Positions 59,326 through 64,000 of a DNA stretch of 64,000 nt are shown here, piece after piece; positions within the stretch are counted from its first letter, which is position 1; every line of letters starts with the position of its first letter. The notes under the pieces were generated by a model. That model saw only the letters and a program-made list of their open reading frames with translations, was not told the origin of the DNA and searched no databases. The translations under genes and the position numbers were made by a program. The DNA comes from Planctomycetota bacterium. GTDB lineage: Bacteria > Planctomycetota > B15-G4 > SIAN01. The stretch spans positions 64,001-128,000 of the forward strand of contig JANNXA010000022.1 in the NCBI GenBank assembly GCA_031409275.1, written 5' to 3'.

Positions 59326-60634
59326 CCGCGTCGTCTTCCGCCTCGCCATCATCCTTCGGGATCAGGATCGACACGGCGCTCAGCTCCTCGCGCAGGTGTC
59401 CGTCGAGTCGCGCTGCGAGGTCGGCCGCCGTCAACGACATCGCCGCCTCGATCAAGTCGTCGAGGCTGACGCCGCGGAAATGGCCCGACACGAGCGCACT
59501 TGCCAGCGACTCGGCCGAGTTGAAGGCGCGGACGTAGCGACCGAGGAATCGATTGCGGGCCAGCTCGAAGTCGGCGAGCGCGATTCCCTGCTGGCGTGCG
59601 TTCGCGAGCGTCTGGAACAGCTGCGTCACGAGGCGATCGGGCTCGTCGGTCTCGCCGGCGAGGATGGTGAAGCCGAAGTCGTGCTCGCCCGAGTAGGAGG
59701 CGTCGAACGAGTCGTCGATGAGTCCGCTCTCGTACAGGCGCGCGTGATGGAGCGAACTCGAGGAGAACAGCACGTCGAGCAGCAGCCGGGACGCGAGGTC
59801 GCGCCGCAGCCACGCCTTCGGGGCCACGGGCAGGTCGATGTCCTTGAAGCCGAGCGCGAGTTGCGGTCGCGACACGGCGAACGGCTGTTCGTGGCGCTTG
59901 CGCAGGATGGTCGTCGGCTCGTCGCAGCGCGGGCGCTGCCAGGCGCTGCCCGGTTCGAAGTGCAGCGACTCCATGGTCCGCTGGGCGACTTCGGCGGCGC
60001 GCGCTGCATCGAAGCCGCCGGCCACCGCCAGCACCATGTTGCGCGGGTGATAGAACGATCGGTGGCAGCGGTAGAGCAGCTCCGGAGTGATCTGCTGGAT
60101 CGACTGGACCGTGCCCGCGATGTTGATGCGGACCGGATGGCGCTGGTAGAGCGATTCGAGGAGGTTGAAGAAGACGATCCAGTCGGGATCGTCGTCGTAC
60201 ATCCGGATCTCCTGCTCGATGATCCCCTGCTCCTTCGCGACGCTCTCCTTGGTGAACCACGGGTCGTAGACGAAGCGGATCAGCGTCTCGAGGTTCTCCT
60301 CGAGCTGGCCAGCGCACGAGAAGTGGTACGAGGTCTTGCCGAACTCGGTGCCAGCGTTGCAGCTCGCGCCGCGTTGCGAGAAGCGCAGCGAGACGTCACC
60401 GTGCTGATCCTCGAAGAGCTTGTGCTCGAGGAAGTGGGCGATGCCGTCGGGCACCGCTTCGAGCGCACCGCTGGCGCTCGGCACGCGCGAATCGAGCGAG
60501 CCATAGCGCGTCGCCAGCATCCCGAAGGCTCGCGAGAAACCGGGACGGGGGTTCATCAGAAGCGTGAGGCCGTGCGCGAGCTCCCCGCGCAGCAGCGTTT
60601 CGCCGATCGCGTTGTCGATGGTCGAGAGGTTCAT
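59309..60634 (-). CDS. M16 (pitrilysin) family zinc peptidase, YmfH-like
   Basis: PDGIAHFLEHKLFE, KEQGIIEQEI.MYDDDP and FYHPRNM. Confidence 0.92.
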   Translation of the reverse strand: MNLSTIDNAIGETLLRGELAHGLTLLMNPRPGFSRAFGMLATRYGSLDSRVPSASGALEAVPDGIAHFLEHKLFEDQHGDVSLRFSQRGASCNAGTEFGKTSYHFSCAGQLEENLETLIRFVYDPWFTKESVAKEQGIIEQEIRMYDDDPDWIVFFNLLESLYQRHPVRINIAGTVQSIQQITPELLYRCHRSFYHPRNMVLAVAGGFDAARAAEVAQRTMESLHFEPGSAWQRPRCDEPTTILRKRHEQPFAVSRPQLALGFKDIDLPVAPKAWLRRDLASRLLLDVLFSSSSLHHARLYESGLIDDSFDASYSGEHDFGFTILAGETDEPDRLVTQLFQTLANARQQGIALADFELARNRFLGRYVRAFNSAESLASALVSGHFRGVSLDDLIEAAMSLTAADLAARLDGHLREELSAVSILIPKDDGEAEDDADGDDD

Positions 60635-61953
60635 GGTGTTCCGGCGCCTTCGGCGTGCGCCTCGCCTTCGAGGCAGAAGATGAGGTCGGGCGGCAGCACG
60701 CGCTGCGCCACCGCCTGGACGTCGGCTGCGGTCACCGCCGCGACCGCCTCGCACACCTGCTCGAGCGTGCGGAGCCGGCCGGTGGCGAGGTTCGCTTCGA
60801 GCGTCTCCACCATGCCGCCCGGCGAATCGAGCATGCTGCGACTGCCGCTGACGATCAGGTTCCGGGTCTGGTCGAGTTCATCGGCGCGCACCGGCGCCTG
60901 CCGCAGCGACTCGATCTCGGCTTCGACGAGCGCGGTCACCTTCTCCCGCGCGGCCGCATCGATCCCGCACGACGTGTAGAGGACGCCGCGCAGTCGATCG
61001 AGCGACGCGGAGGCGAAATAGGCGAGGCTGTGCTTCTCGCGGATCGTCTGGAAGAGCCGCGAGTGGAAGCCGCCGCCGAGGATGCCGGCGTAGACGCGCA
61101 ACGCGTCGAACTCGCGCTCGGTCAGGTTCGCGAGATCGACCCTGCGTCCGGTGACGAGCTTGCTCTGCGACACGGATTCCGATTCGACGAGGACGCGCGG
61201 CGCCGCCGGAGCGCGATGGGGTCGTGCGCCACTCGGAAAGGGCGCCGACGAAGCGGCCGTCGGGACGAGCTCTTCGAGGATGCGCACCACTTCCGCCGGC
61301 TCGAAGTCGCCGACGGCGAAGGCGCGCATCGGCAGGCGCGTGGTGATCTCGCGGTGGGCATCGAGCGCAGTGGCAGCAGTCAGCGCATCGGTCTGCGCGA
61401 CGGTGCCGAGCACCGGGCGACCATATGGATCGTCGCGGAACATCTCGTCGAGCAGTCGTTGGAACGAGTAGGAGAGCTTGTCGTTGAACTGCGCCTCGAT
61501 GTCGCGTCGGTGGTTCAACCGCTCCTGCTCGAAGATCGCCGCCGGGAAGCCGCCGTCGACGAGGAACGGCTCGAAGAGCAGTTCGCGAGCGAGCTTCAGC
61601 GCCGGCCCGAAGATCGGCGGCTTCCCCGGCAGGAATCGCTCCTCCACCGTCTCGAGGCGGAAGGTCAGGATCTGCTCGTCGCCGAGCTTGTACGCCGAGG
61701 ACGACCAGGTCGTCCCGTAGAGGCCTTCCAGCGCGCGCGAGACGGCGACCATGTTGGGCAGGCGCCGCGTGCCGCGTCGCAGCAGATTCGGCACCAGAGC
61801 TCGCGCCGCGTTGCGTTCCGACTGCGGCGCACGGACGTGCAGGCGCAGCAGCTTCGTCTTCCACTTTCGAGTCGGCAGGACGAAAACGTCGAGTCCGGAG
61901 CGGGTGCGCCGATGCTCGAAGTCGCCGGCCTTCTCGGTGTTTCCTGAAGTCAT
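60631..61953 (-). CDS. M16 family non-catalytic subunit, YmfF-like
   Basis: No HXXEH; LEGLYG and GILGGGFHSRLFQTIREKHSLAY; coupled to the YmfH-like gene. Confidence 0.88.
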   Translation of the reverse strand: MTSGNTEKAGDFEHRRTRSGLDVFVLPTRKWKTKLLRLHVRAPQSERNAARALVPNLLRRGTRRLPNMVAVSRALEGLYGTTWSSSAYKLGDEQILTFRLETVEERFLPGKPPIFGPALKLARELLFEPFLVDGGFPAAIFEQERLNHRRDIEAQFNDKLSYSFQRLLDEMFRDDPYGRPVLGTVAQTDALTAATALDAHREITTRLPMRAFAVGDFEPAEVVRILEELVPTAASSAPFPSGARPHRAPAAPRVLVESESVSQSKLVTGRRVDLANLTEREFDALRVYAGILGGGFHSRLFQTIREKHSLAYFASASLDRLRGVLYTSCGIDAAAREKVTALVEAEIESLRQAPVRADELDQTRNLIVSGSRSMLDSPGGMVETLEANLATGRLRTLEQVCEAVAAVTAADVQAVAQRVLPPDLIFCLEGEAHAEGAGTP

Positions 61954-62058
61954 CGGGAAGGGAGCTTCCTCGGAGAGCGGAAGGCGAGGATCATAGGCAC
62001 CGTTGCGTCGTCGGCCGCGCCTCTTCCGGCGCGTCGCCACGCGCGTCGCGGAGGATCG

Positions 62059-62850
62059 GTGGTGTGGAAGCTCGAACGGGGCCGGCCGCGCTTGATCGGC
62101 ATGGTCCACCTGCTGGCGCTGCCCGGTGCGCCGCGGCCGGCGAACTGGCCGCGCCTGCTCGCGCGCGCCGTCGCCGACGCGCAAGCGTGGGCGCGCGGCG
62201 GCGCCGACGCGGTCCTGATCGAGAACTTCGGTGATCGTCCGTTCCATCCCGAGCGCGTGCCCCCCATCACGATCGCCGCCATGGCGCGAGCCATCGGCGC
62301 GGTGCGCGCGGCGGTCGACCTGCCGCTGGGCGTGAACGTGTTGCGCAACGACGCGCTCGCCGCCATCGCGCTCGCCGCGGCGTTCGAACTCGACTTCGTG
62401 CGCGTCAATGTCCACGCCGGCGTCGCGGTCACCGACCAAGGCGTGCTGGCCGGTCGCGCCGATGAAACGCTGCGATTGCGCGCGACCCTGCGTTCGCGGA
62501 CTCAGATCTGGGCCGACCTGCGCGTCAAGCATGCGCGTCCGCTGGTCGAGCGACCGCTGCTCGACGAAGCGCGCGAACTCTGCGAGCGGGCCGGGGCCGA
62601 TGCGCTGCTGATCACGGGTACCGCCACCGGCGCCTCGCCCGACCTTGCGCCTCTCGCTGGGCTGGTGCGCGCGCTGCCGCGCTGTCCCTTCCTGGTGGCG
62701 AGCGGCGCAGAGCCGAGCCTGATCGCCGCGAGTCGGGACCACCTCGCCGGGGTCATCGCCGGCACCTTCGCCAAAGTCGGGGGACGGCTTGCCGCGCCCG
62801 TCGACGTCGCCCGCGTGCGCGCGCTCGCGGCCGCCTGTCGCCGCCGTTGA
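62059..62850 (+). CDS. BtpA/SgcQ family protein
   Basis: GMVHL, IENFGD.PF, GVNVLRND, VKHA and ITGTATG. Confidence 0.9.
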   Translation: MVWKLERGRPRLIGMVHLLALPGAPRPANWPRLLARAVADAQAWARGGADAVLIENFGDRPFHPERVPPITIAAMARAIGAVRAAVDLPLGVNVLRNDALAAIALAAAFELDFVRVNVHAGVAVTDQGVLAGRADETLRLRATLRSRTQIWADLRVKHARPLVERPLLDEARELCERAGADALLITGTATGASPDLAPLAGLVRALPRCPFLVASGAEPSLIAASRDHLAGVIAGTFAKVGGRLAAPVDVARVRALAAACRRR

Positions 62851-62932
62851 CGGCGGCGCTCTCCTTGCGTCGGCCGCGAGAGCGCGGTATTCGAGGCAGT
62901 TTGAACGCCCTCCTGGAACCCCTTCCCCTGTG

Positions 62933-64000
62933 ATGAGCGACGCCGAGCCAGCCATCTTCGACGCCCGCCAAGTCGGAGGCGACGTCTGCGCGATCCTGCC
63001 GACGGCGATCGATCCGGACGCCATGTCGGTCGTTCGGCGCCTGAACGCCTCTGGCCACCGCGCCTATTTCGTCGGCGGTTGCGTGCGCGATCTCCTGCTC
63101 GGCGGCACGCCGAAGGATTTCGACATCGCCACTTCGGCGCGACCGCGCCAGGTGAAGAAGCTCTTCCGCAACGCACGCATCATCGGCCGCCGCTTCCGCC
63201 TCGTGCATGTGCTGTTCCAGGGCAACAAGCAGATCGAAGTGTCGACGTTTCGCCGCGATCCAGGCGACGGCCCCGGCGATGCGGCGCTTGCCGGGTCGGC
63301 CGACGCCGCTGCGCGCGACTTCGGCGACGAGCAGCGCGACGTCCCGCGCGAAGACGAGCCGGAGTTCGCGCGCGACAGCGGGGATGGCGTCGGCGGCGGG
63401 TCGGATGGCGACGCCGACGAGGACCTCCTGATCCGCGAGGACAACGTCTACGGGACCGAGGCGGAGGACGCCGTTCGCCGCGACTTCACCATCAACGGGC
63501 TCTTCTACGACGTCGAACGCGAGCAGGTGATCGACTACGTCGGCGGCGTGCCCGACCTGCGGCGCCGCACGCTGCGCACCATCGGTGATCCGTCGCGCCG
63601 GCTGCGCGAGGACCCGGTCCGAATCCTGCGTGCGGTGAAGTTCGCGACACGGCTCAAGCTCGCGCTCGACCCGCTGCTCGCGTCGGCGATGGCCGACCAT
63701 CACGAAGATCTCACTCGCAGCGCGCCGCCGCGCGTCTTCGAGGAGATCTTGCGCATCCTGGGCGGCGCCGCACCCGATCGCGCGGTCGAGGTGCTCGTCG
63801 GCCTCGGCGTCTTTCGCGTGCTGTTTCCCGAGATGCCTCTGCGCGCGCCTCACGGCGAGCCCGATCCGCGTCTCGCCCGGCTGCTCGGACGGCTGCGCGC
63901 GATGGCGGCGATCGATCGCGGCCGCCGCTCGCTGCCGACCTTCGCCTACATTGCCGTGCTCTTCTGGGACGAGCTCCTCGAGCGCCTGCTCGGCGCCGAC
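62933..64000 (+). CDS. pcnB: Poly(A) polymerase I, truncated at the window end (absent from the ORF track)
   Basis: Hand translation gives VGGCVRDLLLG..PKDFDIAT, the PAP signature IIGRRFRLVHV, RRDFTINGL and EDPVRILRAVKF. Confidence 0.93.
   Translation, partial: MSDAEPAIFDARQVGGDVCAILPTAIDPDAMSVVRRLNASGHRAYFVGGCVRDLLLGGTPKDFDIATSARPRQVKKLFRNARIIGRRFRLVHVLFQGNKQIEVSTFRRDPGDGPGDAALAGSADAAARDFGDEQRDVPREDEPEFARDSGDGVGGGSDGDADEDLLIREDNVYGTEAEDAVRRDFTINGLFYDVEREQVIDYVGGVPDLRRRTLRTIGDPSRRLREDPVRILRAVKFATRLKLALDPLLASAMADHHEDLTRSAPPRVFEEILRILGGAAPDRAVEVLVGLGVFRVLFPEMPLRAPHGEPDPRLARLLGRLRAMAAIDRGRRSLPTFAYIAVLFWDELLERLLGAD

Overview
A 64-kb stretch of chromosome from a very GC-rich bacterium. Planctomycetota is my best guess (inference), based on the UAP1-type UDP-GlcNAc pyrophosphorylase, secreted HEAT-repeat and carboxypeptidase-regulatory-domain proteins, and many TPR and lipoprotein genes. 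Most of the window is housekeeping: tRNA-Leu(CAG), smpB, tmRNA, recA, alaS, an rpmF-plsX-fabH-fabD-fabG-acpP-fabF run continuing into a UDPGP-family gene, ddl and dapB, then nifJ/PFOR with a DHOD-like gene, tRNA-Leu(CAA), tRNA-Val(CAC), ino1, dxr-rseP-UbiA-family, miaA, an M16 peptidase pair, a BtpA-family gene and a partial pcnB. I saw no CRISPR array, integrase, transposase or prophage. The most interesting region is 29.7-42.1 kb. It holds (i) a coiled-coil protein followed by an actin-fold ATPase that resembles haloarchaeal volactin more than MreB or FtsA; (ii) a divergent PAS-HisKA-HATPase-REC hybrid kinase and a nearby ChpT/Spo0B-like pseudo-kinase; (iii) a translationally coupled four-gene module (degenerate ECF-sigma-like, TPR, small secreted Pro-rich protein, large membrane-anchored beta-sandwich protein); and (iv) a candidate Hfq/LSm-like small protein. 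All family calls come from motifs read by eye and from memory; no database search was run.
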